A DNA stretch of 64,000 nucleotides from an uncultured Candidatus Rokubacteria bacterium (lineage in GTDB: Bacteria; Methylomirabilota; Methylomirabilia; Rokubacteriales; DASRDR01): NCBI GenBank assembly GCA_963708025.1, contig CAVPSB010000012.1, positions 320,001 to 384,000 on the forward strand, given 5' to 3'. A program made the translations under genes and the position numbers. Numbering within the stretch: position 1 is the first letter of the stretch; every line of letters begins with the position of its first letter. Below are positions 1-13,295 of the stretch, one piece after another. The notes beneath the pieces were generated by a model, which was given only the letters and a program-made list of their open reading frames with translations, was not told the DNA's origin and did no database searches.

Positions 1-197
1 AGCTGGTGGACGATCTCGAGGAAGTCCGTGACGTTCCGCGTGACCAGGCAACGACCTTCTCGGGTCGCATAGCGGAGTTGCTCGAGATCGCTGCGGCCGG
101 CCTGGCCGACCTCGTGGGCTCCCGTCGCAGCCAGACCGCGCTCGCGAAGGAGTGCAACCACCCGAGGCGAGAGGTCCTCGTCGAGGTAGAGCTTCAA
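1..197 (-). CDS. DUF5615/PIN-like toxin (partial, runs off window edge)
   Basis: Not in ORF track; manual translation from TTG at 197 gives MKLYLDEDLSPRVVALLRERG...ATREGRCLVTRNVTDF, a typical PIN-like N-terminus. Start overlaps the stop of the DUF433 gene (TTGA). Confidence 0.8.
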   Translation of the reverse strand, partial: MKLYLDEDLSPRVVALLRERGLAATGAHEVGQAGRSDLEQLRYATREGRCLVTRNVTDFLEIVHQ

Positions 198-682
198 TCG
201 GCGAGGCGGACGAGGCCGGGATACCTTGCGACCACTCGCTCCGGGGTCAGGGCGGCATTCCAGTCGATCCTTCGCTGGACCTCGTCGGGGTAGCGGAGAA
301 AGTAGTTCCGCGCCGCGCCGATCTGAGCCGGAGTGAGCTGGGGAAAGATTCCACGCAGCTCGTCCTCACGTTCTCCAACCGCGGCGTAGTCGCGGATGAC
401 CTCCCACACTCCGAGCCCGGTGCCCATGATTTTGGCCGTGCGGCCCGCCGCCTCGTCCGCAAAGTAGATGCCGGGACACTCCATGGTTCGAATCGCCTCT
501 TCCAGAAGTTGCTGGGCGACGTCCGAGACCGACCGCTGGCTCCGCTCCGCTAGATTGTCCAGGTACTTCCGCAGCCCCGCGCGGAGGCGAAACGAAGTGG
601 TCACCAGGCGTTCCGCTCGCCCCTCGCCCTCGCGTGACGCCTGGCCGCGCCGTCGTCTTGACCGAGCTGGTCTGTCTGGCAT
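194..682 (-). CDS. Antitoxin: ribbon-helix-helix-like N-terminus plus DUF433 domain
   Basis: TTSFRL...LAERSQRSVSDVAQQLLEEA (RHH-like), then GTGLGVWEVI...LTPAQIGAARNYFLRYPDEV (DUF433-like); coupled to the PIN gene. Confidence 0.8.
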   Translation of the reverse strand: MPDRPARSRRRRGQASREGEGRAERLVTTSFRLRAGLRKYLDNLAERSQRSVSDVAQQLLEEAIRTMECPGIYFADEAAGRTAKIMGTGLGVWEVIRDYAAVGEREDELRGIFPQLTPAQIGAARNYFLRYPDEVQRRIDWNAALTPERVVARYPGLVRLAD

Positions 683-800
683 TGCACGACGTAGTATACA
701 TCGCGTTACCTGCCAGGACCAGGTATGGGATGGGTCGCGAGAGTCGGCTCCGGCTCGTGGAGGGGGCGGGCCCTAGAGGTCCGTGGCCCGGCGCGACCGG

Positions 801-1690
801 TCAGGCGACGATGCTGAGGCGGCGCGCCTTCGGCTGCACGAGCAGGTAACCCAGGCCCTGCCAGGTGACGGGTATCGGCGCCCGTCGCTCGCGTCGCCGC
901 CGGTCGGGCTCGGTCGGCCGCGCCGTCGATCGTCGCTCCTGCCGGCGCCGGTCCCAGGTCACTCGCGCCAGCCCGGGCTCGCCGAGTCGCTCGTCGAGGA
1001 TGCGAAACGTCTCGGTCTCGCCGCTGCGGACGATGACGAGGGGACGGCTGGTCTCGGGCGCCACCAGCGGCTCATCCCGGGGCCCGGTGCGGGCGGCCCG
1101 GATCTGCTGGCCGAGCTGCCGGAGCTCGGACTGGTGGCTGCGAAGCGCCGGGAGGAGAGCCGACGCGGCCTCCTCGACGCTGGCGTTCATCTCGCGCTGG
1201 AGCCGTACCTGCTCCCGCAGGCCGGCGATCGTCGTCTCGCTTCCCTGGATCAGCTGCCGGAGCCGGCGGGTCTGCAGGCCGAGCAGCCCGATGCCGGCCA
1301 CCAGGAGCGAGCCGAGCAGCGCCATCTCCACGCCGCGACTGGTGATGCCCGTCCCGAGGGTGTCGCGCAGTCCCTGTCGCAACACCCGGATGGCCGAGAT
1401 CGAGAGCTCGCCGTGGCCTTCCCGGGGCGCGATGAGCGTGAAGGCCACCCGGTCATCGACACGGACACCCTCCAGGAGATTGTCCGTTCTGACCGGGAAG
1501 TCGGTCTGGCCGGCGCCGAAGAGGTCTTCGATCGGGCCGTGCTCCACCGTGATCCAGCCCCTCGACCGATCGACGGCCACCACCCGGCCCTCTCCGCCGA
1601 GGGCGAGCGCCGGCGTCTCCGCGTGGAGGGCCGGAGGCGAGCATGAGGAGGCCAGCCGGTCACGCTCAGGAGCCAGGCTGTCGAGCGCAT
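801..1690 (-). CDS. CusF-like OB-fold domain + TM helix + coiled coil + Arg-rich DRR/ERR C-terminal domain (N-terminus frameshifted near 1640-1665)
   Basis: GRVVAVDRSRGWITVEHGPI...LLEGVRVDDRVAFTL resembles CusF; TM MALLGSLLVAGIGLLGL. A signal-like N-terminus starts at ATG 1690 in a different frame. Confidence 0.6.
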
Positions 1691-1786
1691 GGCGGATAGC
1701 CTACAACGATCCGGGCCGCCTCGTGCACGGGCGCCCCGGCGGTCCCGTGCCAGGGAAGCGCCGCGCTCCTCGGGGGGGAGGTCGCC

Positions 1787-4911
<3,125 letters not shown>

Positions 4912-4914
4912 GGG

Positions 4915-6131
4915 TCAGCGTCCTTCCGGGGCCGGCGTCACCAGGGCCCCGTCGGTCAGGCGATCCAGCGCGCTCACCGCGACGCGCTCGCCGGCGGCGA
5001 CCCCGCGTACCACCTCGACGAACCCCTGCGCCCTGCCGCCCGAGCTGAACGTACCGCTGCTCGGCCCGGTCCCCCCGGACCACGAACAGCTTCGACACGC
5101 CCGCCTCGGTCCGGACCGCGGCCGCCGGCACCACCGGCGTCGGCGTCGCCCCCGGCAGCTCGATCCGGGCGCTGGCGAACAGGCCCGGCTGCAGCACGCC
5201 GCCGGCGTTGGGCACGATCGCCTCGACGATCAGACTCCGCGCGTCGGCGCGCAGGGCGGGACCGACGTAGGCGATGGCGCCCTCGAAGGCCCGGGCGGCA
5301 TGGCTCTGCACCGTGAACGACACCTTCTGTCCCTTCCGGACCGAGGCCACCGCGACCTCGGGGATGGTCAGCTCGATCCGCAGGGGATCGACGCGCATGA
5401 CCGTCGCCACGCGCGACCCCTTCTTCACGTAGTCCCCGACGGTGACGTGCTTCTCGGCGACCAGACCCGCCGTAGGGCGCCCGGACCACGGTGTCCGCCA
5501 CCGCCTTCCGGGCCAGCGCCACCCGGGCCTTCTGCGCCTGGAGGGTCTGGTAGAGCTGCCGCATCTGGTTCTGCATCTCCTCGTACTGCTCGCGGGCCGC
5601 GATGGCGTCGGCGCGCCGGGTGTCGTACTCCGAGCGGGAGACGATGCCCTGGTCGACGAGCCGCGCGTACCGCTGGTAGTCCGCCTCCGCGCGGTCCATC
5701 ACCGCACGCATCCGCCGCGCCTCGGGGGTCTCCCGGGGGTCGAAGGCGCCGCTCTCGCCGAGCCCCAGCCGGGCCCGCGTCTGCGCCTCGGTCGCCTCGG
5801 CCTCGCGGAGCTGGTTCACCGCGTCCTGCTCGTCGAGGCGGGCCAGCACGGCGCCCGCGCCCACCACCATGCCGCGCTCGATCGGCACCTGGACGATCCG
5901 GCCGTCGAGCTCGGCGGCGGCGTCCGTCCGGGCGTCCGCCGTCAGCGTGCCCGTCACCTCCAGGGTCGTGGGCACGGGCCGCTCCTCCACGGTGGCCGTC
6001 GCCACCGCGATCGGTCCGGGAGCCGGGTCGGGCGCGGCCCTGGTCGCTTCCGAGCTGTCGCAGGCCGCCAGCCACAGCGCCGCGAGCGGCGCCAGGGCGG
6101 CCGTGACGAAGCGGTGGCGTCGTGGACTCAT
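4915..6131 (-). CDS. RND periplasmic adaptor (MFP) lipoprotein (frameshifts near 5470 and 5030)
   Basis: GGAGGAG RBS, lipobox LAAC, lipoyl-like GRIVQVPIERGMVVGAGAVLARLD, VRAPY.G and LQPGLFA motifs; TGA at 4915-4917. Confidence 0.85.
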
Positions 6132-6371
6132 CGGACTCTCCTCCCACCGGGACCCGCTCGGCACCGGCAGCCGGCAGATCCGGTCGTCGACGCACGCGCA
6201 CAGCGTGGCGACGGCTCGCGCGGGAATCCGGCTGAGGGCCTCCAGCTCCTTTCCCGTCAGCTCCAGCCCGGCGCGGAGGGCCGTGCCGGCCGGATCGGCG
6301 AAGAACGCCTTGCGGAAGCCCTCGTCGGTGATCAGCTTGCCCAGGGTCTGTTCGACGGCGCGTTGGCTCAT
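6128..6371 (-). CDS. Os1348/NHLP-clan small protein (as assembled, reads in frame into the MFP)
   Basis: MSQRAVEQTLGKLITDEGFRKAFFADPAGTALRAGLELTGKELEAL matches the nitrile-hydratase-leader-like pattern (xxDxxFRxxFxxDP...GxxLT). Confidence 0.7.
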
Positions 6372-6384
6372 GGCGCCGGGAGAC

Positions 6385-6400
6385 TGCAAGGCCCGAGCCC
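6385..6400 (-). promoter_or_regulatory. Putative sigma54 -24/-12 promoter
   Basis: Minus strand GGGCTCGGGCCTTGCA has GG-N10-GC spacing with TTGCA and ends 13 nt before the NHLP-like ATG. Confidence 0.55.
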
Positions 6401-6472
6401 GGAGCGCGGCCGGACGCAACCTCGCGCCGGGCAACGCGGAGTCGCCCCGGCCCACCGGGTGGCCAGGCCGAC

Positions 6473-6533
6473 TGTCGATGGCCCCGCAGGAACGGTTGGC
6501 GATTTCTCTACAGGTTGCCGGGCTATCGGCAAC
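6473..6533. promoter_or_regulatory. Putative enhancer (UAS) sites for a sigma54 activator
   Basis: Three related dyads TGTCG-N6-CCGCA, TGGCG-N6-CTACA and TGCCG-N6-CGGCA (the last within perfect GTTGCCG-N6-CGGCAAC), about 75-135 bp upstream of the sigma54 site. Confidence 0.45.
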
Positions 6534-6586
6534 TGGCGGGCCACTCAGCGCCCGTGAGGGGGTCTCCCGAGACCCCCCCGATGCTC

Positions 6587-7780
6587 TCAGACGCGGACGA
6601 GGAGCCGGTGCACCAGGAGGCTCGCCAGCCCGGCGACCGCGATCACCAGCCCCATCGGCAGCGCGGTGCCGTCGTGGAGCGCGCCCACGGCGGCGCCGCT
6701 CAGGGCGCCGACGGCGAACTGGATGGTGCCGGCCAGGGCGGCGGCGGTCCCGGCCATGTGGGGGAAGGCCGACAGGGCGCCGGCCATGGCGTTGGCGCCG
6801 ATGAAGCTCAGGGACGTCATGAAGCAGAAGATCGGGACGACCAGGCCGGGCAGTCCCCCGAGTCGGGCGACGGCGACGACGGCAAGCGCGCCACCGGAGA
6901 CCGCGGCGGCGGTGACGCCGAAGCGCAGGAGCGAGTCGGCGCCGAAGCGCAGGACCAGGCGGCTGTTGAGCGCGGCCCCCGCCATGAGGCCGAGGACGTT
7001 CAGCCCGAACAGGAAGCCGTAGCGCTGGGCCGGGATCCCGTAGAGCTGGATGAACACGAAGGGCGAGCCGGCGAAGTAGGCGAACATCCCGGCGTACGCC
7101 GACGCGCTCGCCAGGGCGTAGCCGAGGAACCGGCGGTGTGACGCCAGCTCGGCGTACCGGGCCAGGACGTGGAGGAGGCTTCCCCGCGAGCGGCGGCCGG
7201 GGCCCAGCGTCTCGGGCAGGCCGAGCCCGGCGGTGGCCAGGCACAGGACGCCGAAGGCGCTCAGGGTCCAGAAGATGGCGCGCCACCCGACGGTCACCAG
7301 GAGCTGGCCGCCGAGCAGCGGGGCCAGGAGCGGGGCGGCGCCCATCACCAGCATCAGGAGCGACAGCATCCGCGCCGCCCGGTCCCGCTCGTAGACGTCC
7401 CGCACGATGGCGCGCGCGATCAGGGGCCCGGCGCAGGCGCCGAGCCCCTGGAGCAGCCGGAGCACGATCAGGAAACCCACGCTCGGCGAGAGGGCGCAGA
7501 GGGTGCTGGCCAGGACGTACAGGCCGACGCCGCCGAGCAGCGGGGGCCGGCGCCCCCACCGGTCGGCCAGCGGGCCGTAGACGAGCTGCCCGGCGCCGAA
7601 GCCGACGAAGAAGGCGCTCAGCGTGAGCTGGACCCGGCTGGGACTGGTCCCGAAGCTGGCGGCGAGCGCCGGCAGGGCGGGGAGGTACATGTCGATCGAC
7701 AGCGGCCCGAAGGCCGTGAGCATGCCCAGAACAACCGTGAACCGGCGCGGAGACGGCGGGGCGGCCGCGGACGCTGTCAT
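6587..7780 (-). CDS. Bcr/CflA family multidrug MFS transporter
   Basis: LSIDMYLPALP and GPLADRWGRRP motifs; about 12 hydrophobic segments. Confidence 0.92.
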   Translation of the reverse strand: MTASAAAPPSPRRFTVVLGMLTAFGPLSIDMYLPALPALAASFGTSPSRVQLTLSAFFVGFGAGQLVYGPLADRWGRRPPLLGGVGLYVLASTLCALSPSVGFLIVLRLLQGLGACAGPLIARAIVRDVYERDRAARMLSLLMLVMGAAPLLAPLLGGQLLVTVGWRAIFWTLSAFGVLCLATAGLGLPETLGPGRRSRGSLLHVLARYAELASHRRFLGYALASASAYAGMFAYFAGSPFVFIQLYGIPAQRYGFLFGLNVLGLMAGAALNSRLVLRFGADSLLRFGVTAAAVSGGALAVVAVARLGGLPGLVVPIFCFMTSLSFIGANAMAGALSAFPHMAGTAAALAGTIQFAVGALSGAAVGALHDGTALPMGLVIAVAGLASLLVHRLLVRV

Positions 7781-7799
7781 CCCGCCCGCCCGAGCGTCA

Positions 7800-7995
7800 G
7801 CGTCCTTGGGGTGCCAGAGTCATGACCGATGAATCGAGTTCTCCGGCCGGGGGCGGGGCCGAGGAGCGAGCAGCGCTAGGACGCAGGGAGTCGCCGACCG
7901 CAGGCGTACTCCGAGTACGCCGAGGATCGGCGACGACCCCAAAGGCCGAAGGCCGTCCGAACGACGACGCGATGCGAAGCTCATCGCCCCGCCCG
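7800..7995 (-). repeat. Intergenic palindromic repeat family A, copy 1 (with nested mini-hairpin module B)
   Basis: Core GTCGCCGATCCTCGGCGTACTCGGAGTACGCCTGCGGTCGGCGACTCCCTGCGTCCTAGCGCTGCTCGCTCCTCGGCC is shared with copies at 18572 and 38183. Confidence 0.9.
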
Positions 7996-10107
7996 CTACT
8001 CGAGGCCGAAGCGCTTCATGCGCGTGTATAGCTGGGAGCGCGTCAGGCCGAGGAGCCGGGCGGCGCGGGACTTGTTGCCCTTGGCCCGGCCGAGGGCATC
8101 GACGACCATCTGGCGCTCCCACTCGGCGAGCGAACCCCCTCCCGGCCCGATCGCGGCGGAGGGCGGTGGCGGGGCGTCGCGGTCGGCCACGGGCCCCGGC
8201 CCCCCGAGCCCGAGATCGGCGGCGGTGATCAGCGTGCCGTCCTCCCCCTCCTGGAGGATGAGCGCCCGCTCCACGGCGTTGGCCAGCTCCCGGATGTTGC
8301 CGGGCCACGGATGTGCGAGCAGCGCCTCCCGGGCGTCCCGGGAGAGCCCCGGCTCGCCCTTTCCCATCCGGGCGCCGATCGTCCGCACGAAGTGGTCGGC
8401 CAGCAGCAGGACGTCGTCCCCGCGCTCCCGCAGGGGCGGGAGGTGGACGCTGACCACGTTCAGCCGGTAGAAGAGGTCCTCGCGGAAGCGGCCGGCCGCC
8501 ACGGCGGCGGCGAGGTCCCGGTTGGTCGCGGCGATGAGCCGGACGTCCGCCCGGAGGGTGGCGGTGCCACCGACGCGCTCGAACTCGCGCTCCTGGAGGA
8601 CCCGCAGGAGCTTGACCTGGACCGCCTGGGACAGCTCCCCGACCTCGTCCAGGAACAGGCTGCCGCCCGCCGCACGCTCGAAGCGCCCGGGGCGCTGGCG
8701 ATCGGCGCCGGTGAAGGCGCCCCGCTCGTGGCCGAACAGCTCCGACTCGAGGAGCGTGTCGGGCAGGGCCGCGCAGTTGACGGCCACGAACGGCCCCTCG
8801 ACCCGGCCGCTGCCGTGGTGGACGGCCCGGGCCACCAGCTCCTTGCCGGTCCCGCTCTCCCCGGTGATGAGGACCGTCGTGTCGGTCGGCGCGACCTTGG
8901 CCGCCCGGGCCAGCGCCTCGCGGAGGCTGGGGGCCCGCCCGAGGATCCGGTCGAAGCCGTAGCGCTCGTCGAGCGCGCTCTCCAGCGATTCGACCCGTCG
9001 CTCCAGGCGGCGGGCCCGGCCTTCCGCCAGGGCGAGCCGCCGCTGCTCCTCGGCCAGGCGCTGGTGCTGGAGGGCGAGGACGAGCTGGCCGGCGATGCCG
9101 GTCGCCAGCTCGACGTCCGCCGGGTCGAACCAGTGCGGCTGCCGCTTGCCGAAGTACAGGCCGCCGCCGACGCGCTCGCCGAACCAGAGCGGCACGGCCA
9201 TGCACGACCGTCCCCCGTTGTCGAGGATGCGGCGGTCACCGGGGCGGTCCGGGTCCAGCTCCTCGAGCGCGTCGCGGATGATGATCGCCTCTCCGGCCTC
9301 GACCCTGGCGGCGAAGGAGAAGTCGTCGAGGAGCATCCGCGGGGGCCTCCGGTCGTCGGTCGCCGCGTAGTCCACCTCGGCCAGCATCTCCAGCTCGCGG
9401 CCGCTCGAGGACAGGAGCCCGATGCCCATGATGTCGAAGTCGAGCACCGGGCGCACCTCCTCGGCCAGCCGATCGAAGACCTCCTGCACGTTGAGGCTGG
9501 CCCCCAGCACCTGCATGAGCTTCTGGACGGCTTGCAGGCGGCGCCGGCGCCGGCGCTCCCGGTGGAGGAGGACGGTGCTCTCGATGAAGGGCCCGATGAG
9601 ATCGGCCACCTGGCGGCTGGCGGCCAGGTGCGCGTCGGTGTAGGCGTGAGGCGCGAGGCTGGTGAACACGAGGGCGCCGACGACCCGTCCGCCGCTGTCG
9701 AGCGGGAGGACCAGCCCCGAGCGCAAGGTCTCCCGCACCCGGGTCTCGTGGGCGTTGGGGCGGGCGAAGCGGGGGTCGGCTCGAAAATCGTCGATCCGCA
9801 TCGGCTGGCCGCCGAAGACGTCGCGGATCGCCCACTCCGCCACCACGTACCGGCCGGCGGGGTTGAGCGTCGTCGTGTAGTGCTCCTCGTGAAGCGTCAG
9901 ATCGGGGGCGGCGTGCTCGGCGAAGACGGTGAAGGTCCGGCCGTCGTCGTCCAGGTGGTCGAGGACCAGCCGGTCGTGGGGCACCAGCCGCTGGATCTTC
10001 GCCGAGAACTCCGCCAGGAAGCGCTGCGGATCGAACTTCTCGTGCATCGAGCGGCCGAGGGCGGCCAGCGACGCGACCAGATCGGCGAGCGCGGCCTGGG
10101 TCTCCAT
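7996..10107 (-). CDS. Sigma54-dependent activator, GAF-GAF-AAA+-Fis HTH
   Basis: [29 protein letters not shown] and [11 protein letters not shown] motifs; two N-terminal GAF-like domains. Real start is at METQ, not the 11715 start in the ORF track. Confidence 0.93.
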   Translation of the reverse strand: METQAALADLVASLAALGRSMHEKFDPQRFLAEFSAKIQRLVPHDRLVLDHLDDDGRTFTVFAEHAAPDLTLHEEHYTTTLNPAGRYVVAEWAIRDVFGGQPMRIDDFRADPRFARPNAHETRVRETLRSGLVLPLDSGGRVVGALVFTSLAPHAYTDAHLAASRQVADLIGPFIESTVLLHRERRRRRRLQAVQKLMQVLGASLNVQEVFDRLAEEVRPVLDFDIMGIGLLSSSGRELEMLAEVDYAATDDRRPPRMLLDDFSFAARVEAGEAIIIRDALEELDPDRPGDRRILDNGGRSCMAVPLWFGERVGGGLYFGKRQPHWFDPADVELATGIAGQLVLALQHQRLAEEQRRLALAEGRARRLERRVESLESALDERYGFDRILGRAPSLREALARAAKVAPTDTTVLITGESGTGKELVARAVHHGSGRVEGPFVAVNCAALPDTLLESELFGHERGAFTGADRQRPGRFERAAGGSLFLDEVGELSQAVQVKLLRVLQEREFERVGGTATLRADVRLIAATNRDLAAAVAAGRFREDLFYRLNVVSVHLPPLRERGDDVLLLADHFVRTIGARMGKGEPGLSRDAREALLAHPWPGNIRELANAVERALILQEGEDGTLITAADLGLGGPGPVADRDAPPPPSAAIGPGGGSLAEWERQMVVDALGRAKGNKSRAARLLGLTRSQLYTRMKRFGLE

Positions 10108-10117
10108 GGTCTCTACG

Positions 10118-10145
10118 ATGATACGCGCGCCTCCCGACCCGTCAA
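10118..10145 (-). promoter_or_regulatory. Sigma70-like promoter of the activator gene (near-leaderless)
   Basis: TTGACG-16-TATCAT, 10 nt before the ATG, with no SD sequence. Confidence 0.55.
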
Positions 10146-10281
10146 ACCCGGGCCCTTGGCGGCTCTTGACAGCCGCGCGCGCTGTGCGGTATTGAGGGGA
10201 AACCGAATCTCGAACCAGAACACCCGCCGAGCAGTGGTTCTCGCCGAGTTCGGCGGCTCCAGGTTCGAACAGCGGGGCGAA

Positions 10282-11316
10282 ATGTCGATGCGGCGGCGAA
10301 AACAGGCGATCCAGACCGGCGGACGCCCGGCGGGCGGGGCCGGGCTCCACGTCCACCTCCTCAACGCTCCCGACATCGCCGCCTACTGGTTCGATCCCGA
10401 CCGGCTGCGCGGCCAGGTCGCGAAGGCCCTGGGGCCCCGGCGGCCGGTCCGGATCACCGTGAGCGAGGATCCGGGCGACGTGCCGCCGGACATGCGCGCG
10501 GCACACGTCCTCGTCGGGTTCGACCTGCCCACCCACCGGATCGCGGAGCTGGCTGACCTGCGCTGGATCCATCTCGTGAGCGCGGGGGTCAATCACCTCC
10601 TCCCGCTCGACTGGCTGCCACCGGGCGTCGCGCTCACCAACTCCAGCGGGGTCCACGCCGAGCTGGCTGGCCAGTACGGGGCGGCGGCGCTGCTGGCGCT
10701 GAACTTCCGGATGCCGGCGCACGCGACGAACCAGCGCCGCGGCCGGTGGGATCAGGTCTTCAACTCCCCGATCGGCGGCAAGACCGTGGTGCTCATCGGG
10801 CTGGGGGCGATCGGCGGCTCGGTGGCGCGTCAGGCCAAGCGGCTGGGACTCCGGGTGCTCGGGGTCCGGCGGAGCCGGCGCCCGCACGCCCACGCCGACC
10901 GGGTCGTCGGCCCCGCCGGCCTGGCCGACGTCCTGCCCCAGGCCGACTTCGTCGTCGTCACGGCGCCGCTGACGCCGGAGACCCGCCATCTCCTTGGCGC
11001 CAAGGAGCTGGATCGTCTGAAGCCCGCGGCCGGGGTGGTGAACATGTCGCGGGCGGGCCTGGTTGACTACGAGGCGCTGGCCCGGAAGCTGGAGGCCGGC
11101 GAGCTGAGCGGGGCCATCGTGGACGTCCTCGACCCGGAGCCGTTTCCTCCCGGCGACGCGCTCTGGCACACGCCGAATCTGATCGTCACGCCGCATATCT
11201 CCTCCGATCCCGTCGATTACGTCGAGCGCATGAGCCGGATTTTCGTGGACAACCTGGGCCGCCTCCTGGCCGGCCGGCCCCTCCGCAACCGCGTGCTGCC
11301 GGACCGCGGGTACTGA
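10282..11316 (+). CDS. D-2-hydroxyacid dehydrogenase family protein
   Basis: GLGAIG, APLTPET, NMSRA, DVLDPEP and TPHISS motifs. Confidence 0.9.
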   Translation: MSMRRRKQAIQTGGRPAGGAGLHVHLLNAPDIAAYWFDPDRLRGQVAKALGPRRPVRITVSEDPGDVPPDMRAAHVLVGFDLPTHRIAELADLRWIHLVSAGVNHLLPLDWLPPGVALTNSSGVHAELAGQYGAAALLALNFRMPAHATNQRRGRWDQVFNSPIGGKTVVLIGLGAIGGSVARQAKRLGLRVLGVRRSRRPHAHADRVVGPAGLADVLPQADFVVVTAPLTPETRHLLGAKELDRLKPAAGVVNMSRAGLVDYEALARKLEAGELSGAIVDVLDPEPFPPGDALWHTPNLIVTPHISSDPVDYVERMSRIFVDNLGRLLAGRPLRNRVLPDRGY

Positions 11317-11428
11317 GAGCGTGCGAAGGAATGGATCCTCCGACTCCCGCCTCCCCCCGGCCAAAGGCCGAAGGCCGTCGCCAAAGGCCGAAGGCCGTCC
11401 AAAGGATCGGGTGGGCGGGAGGTCCCGA
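11314..11428 (+). repeat. Intergenic repeat family C, copy 1 (two tandem module-B hairpins)
   Basis: TGAGAGCGTGCGAAGGAAT...(CCAAAGGCCGAAGGCCGTC)x2...GGGAGGTCCCGA. Confidence 0.85.
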
Positions 11429-11431
11429 CCA

Positions 11432-12052
11432 ATGATCGCGGTCACCACCAAGGAGCTGGACGTCCTCGACCGGCGGATCATCGTCCAGCTCCAGGAGGAC
11501 GGCCGGCGCTCCAACGTGGCGATCGCCCGGGCCCTCGGCGTGACCGAGACCACCATCCGGCACCGCATCGACCGGCTGATCGCCAACGGCTTCATCCGGA
11601 TCGCCGCCGTGATCGACCCGCGGAAGACCCCGTACCTGACCGACGCGATGATCTGGATCCGGCTGGAGCGCGGCCACGCGCGCGAGGCGGGTGAGCATCT
11701 CGCCGCGCTCCCCAACGTGGTCTACGTCGCGTACACGGCCGGCCGGTACGACATGCTCATCGAAGCCCTCTTCGAGTCCGACGAGCAGCTCTTCGAGTTC
11801 CTGACCGGCACGCTGGCGAGGGTCCCGGGGGTGATGCAGAACGAGACCTACCACGTGCTGCAGACCGTGAAGATCAACTACGACTGGAAGCTGCCCCTCG
11901 ACCACGACGACGCCGGGCCGCGGGACGCGCGGAACGGGCGCCCGCGGGCCGGGCGAGGCCCCGCCGCGACCCCGATCCGGACCCGGCCCGCCGCCCACGG
12001 CTCCGCCGCCGGGCGCCGCTCTCGAGCGACCAACAAGGAGGACCGACGATGA
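11432..12052 (+). CDS. Lrp/AsnC family transcriptional regulator
   Basis: [52 protein letters not shown] domain. Confidence 0.92.
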   Translation: MIAVTTKELDVLDRRIIVQLQEDGRRSNVAIARALGVTETTIRHRIDRLIANGFIRIAAVIDPRKTPYLTDAMIWIRLERGHAREAGEHLAALPNVVYVAYTAGRYDMLIEALFESDEQLFEFLTGTLARVPGVMQNETYHVLQTVKINYDWKLPLDHDDAGPRDARNGRPRAGRGPAATPIRTRPAAHGSAAGRRSRATNKEDRR

Positions 12053-13269
12053 CGTTGCCTGCCGATCTCTTCGCGCCGGAGAACTTCGCCGCGACGCGGC
12101 GGCCCATCCGGGAGGCGCAGACGCTGGCGCCGTACGCCTACTGGTCCCCGGAGTTCTACGCGCGCGAGGTGGAGCGGATCTTCCTGCGGGAGTGGCTGTG
12201 CGTGGGGCGGGCCGAGCAGGTGCCGAAGGCGGGGGACTACTTCACGGTGGAGCTGTTCGGGCGGCCGCTGATCGTGGTCCGGGACAAGGCGGGACGAGTC
12301 CGGGCCCACGTGAACTCGTGCCGGCATCGGGGGACCGAGATCGTGGCCGGCGACGGGCAGTGCACGGCGTTCCACTGCCCATACCACAACTGGACGTACG
12401 CGCTGTCGGGAGAGCTGCTCGGCACGCCGGAGATGGAGGAGGCGGTCGCCTTCGACAAGGGGGACTACGGGCTCCTGCCGGTGAAGCTGGAGACGTGGGG
12501 CGGGTTCCTGTTCGTGAACTTCGACCCGGCGAGCGCGCCGCTCCTGTCGGTGCTGGGCGACCTGCCCAAGCTGATGCGGAACTACAAGATGGAGGAGCTG
12601 GTCTGCACGCGGCGGCAGAACTACGAAGTGTTGTGCAACTGGAAGGTGTACGTCGAGAACGCGATGGAGGAGTATCACACGCCGACGGTGCACAAGTCCC
12701 AGTACACCGAGCGGGTGCCGCTGGAGTCGTGGGTGGTCGAGGAGACGCGCGGGCTCTACGAGGTCCTCTACACCGAGACCAAGGGCAGCCTGGCCCTCCT
12801 CGGCGACGAGGGCTTCCCGCCCATCCCGGGGCTCTCGCAGAAGGAGCTGATCGGCTCGTACATCCCCTACGTGTACCCCACGCTGGTCTTCCTCATCTCC
12901 CCCGACACCATGTTCTACGTGATCGTCGAGCCCCAGGGGCCCGAGCACTCCACGATCCGGATGGGGAACTGCTTCGCCGTCTCCACCGTCGCCCGGCCGG
13001 ACTTCGAGGCGACGGCCAAGCGGTACTACAACCGGACGAGCACCACGCTGCCCCAGGACAACAACGCCTGCGCCACGCAGCAGCGCGGCATCCGGGCCCC
13101 CGGCGCCCGCCCCGGCCGCTACTCCATGCGCGAGCAGCTCGTCCACCACATCGCCAACTACGTCCTGGACCGGCTGCTGGGCCCGGGCCCGCTCCAGACC
13201 TCCGGTGGCTCGGTCGAGCGGTGGGGCTGGCGCAAGCTGCCGGCGGACGCCGTCCGCCTCGGCGCCTGA
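12049..13269 (+). CDS. Rieske non-heme iron oxygenase alpha subunit (choline/carnitine/betaine monooxygenase-like)
   Basis: Rieske ligands CRHRG...CPYHNW; mononuclear iron site NWKVYVENAMEEYHTPTVH; QD...QQRG. Confidence 0.9.
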   Translation: MTLPADLFAPENFAATRRPIREAQTLAPYAYWSPEFYAREVERIFLREWLCVGRAEQVPKAGDYFTVELFGRPLIVVRDKAGRVRAHVNSCRHRGTEIVAGDGQCTAFHCPYHNWTYALSGELLGTPEMEEAVAFDKGDYGLLPVKLETWGGFLFVNFDPASAPLLSVLGDLPKLMRNYKMEELVCTRRQNYEVLCNWKVYVENAMEEYHTPTVHKSQYTERVPLESWVVEETRGLYEVLYTETKGSLALLGDEGFPPIPGLSQKELIGSYIPYVYPTLVFLISPDTMFYVIVEPQGPEHSTIRMGNCFAVSTVARPDFEATAKRYYNRTSTTLPQDNNACATQQRGIRAPGARPGRYSMREQLVHHIANYVLDRLLGPGPLQTSGGSVERWGWRKLPADAVRLGA

Positions 13270-13295
13270 CCCGACCGCGGCAGGGAGGCTCGACG

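Noticed and set aside
6128..6371. Complete RiPP biosynthetic cluster around the NHLP-like ORF
   Set aside because: No modifying enzyme, peptidase-transporter or clear Gly-Gly core is visible in the window.
6415..6430. Second sigma54-like site CGGCGCGAGGTTGCG
   Set aside because: GG-to-GC spacing is 9 nt rather than the required 10.
10108..11715. 1239-aa giant activator, and other long ORFs such as 8311-11316, 15548-18634 and 28783-31116
   Set aside because: These are antisense or off-frame shadow extensions typical of high-GC DNA; the real genes have internal starts and recognisable motifs.
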